DNA from: Ginglymostoma cirratum
Taxonomy: Eukaryota
Direction of reading: 5' to 3'
DNA length: 64,000 bases
Assembly (NCBI GenBank): GCA_024137785.1
Contig: JAHRHZ010000061.1
Coordinates: 4,746,085-4,810,084 of the forward strand
Positions 63,386-64,000 of this stretch are shown here, one piece after another (position 1 is the first letter of the stretch; each line of letters starts with the position of its first letter). The translations under genes were made by a program, and so were the position numbers. The notes beneath the pieces were generated by a model. The model did not search any database and had not been told where the DNA came from. It was given only the letters and a program-made list of their open reading frames with translations.

Positions 63386-64000
63386 GTACTTTTGACAGTA
63401 TTTGTGTGAACTCAGGAATTGAGTACACAATAATTCGACATTTAGGCTTGTGCTACAGTGACAAATGGTTGATTATGGGTGAAATTTAGTGTAACCAAAG
63501 TGGGTTTAGCCTATTAGTTAGCGAACCATCGGAAAACCTACCTTATTTCTGAGGTGTGTACCAACTGGGTTAAGCTCATGTCCAATATTTAACTGGCTGA
63601 TGGTAGACCTTCCGTAGGATTTAGCGGCCCAGGGTTAAAAATCCTACTCCTGAATCAGAGGCCAGCAGTATTCCAGTGCAGGCAATGACACTAGGAGTGG
63701 TGGTGACTGCTGCTGGTATTGCATCCATGGAGAGACCTAGGATCACTGAGGGGCGCAGGACATAGGTAAGTGAGGGCAGACTGGGGGTGACTGTGCTATT
63801 GGGAGGATGGTGTTAGTAGGGTGTTTGGAGTCAGATGTGGGAGGCGGCCACATTCCTGTTCAATGCTGAGTACCTCAATCAGACTTTAACCATCTTTGAA
63901 AGAGGATCCTCTCCAGAAATTAGTTATAGATACAATAAAGCTTTGACAAAGCTGTGCTGGATCGTCTTGACTCATTCTGACCTTCTAACATGAAAGTGTA

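Noticed and set aside
31120-63489. Repeat ORFs as a tandem family of small single-exon genes
   Set aside because: Peptide similarity is bounded by AG and GT sites; the ORF starts and stops are inconsistent intronic read-through, and A6 and A7 have no + ORF call.

Overview
AT-rich eukaryotic genomic DNA, almost certainly from an elasmobranch (shark/ray): it carries an HE1-type V-SINE, many CR1/HER1-type LINE fragments and Penelope-type palindromic repeats. Nearly all ORFs in the supplied track are chance ORFs, LINE remnants or exon read-throughs. The main signal is one + strand gene whose start and end are not evident in the window. I read it as about 27 short symmetric (phase 1-1, length divisible by 3) exons that join into about 1055 aa of acidic, Ser/Thr/Pro-rich, almost Cys-free, mucin-stalk-like sequence. 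Ten diverged 45-93 bp exons (3.5-22.7 kb) are followed by an array of 132-141 bp exons of two mostly alternating types, A and B (31-63 kb). The array was built by tandem duplication of a 3.3-4.4 kb exon-intron-exon-intron unit and also shows dead copies and deleted copies. The 141 bp exon appears to derive from the 90 bp exon class by an internal 51 bp duplication. Introns contain Penelope-type inserts with minimal hammerhead ribozyme cores and target-site duplications. I cannot name the gene. Exon calls rest on splice signals, frame and mutual homology, not on transcript data.
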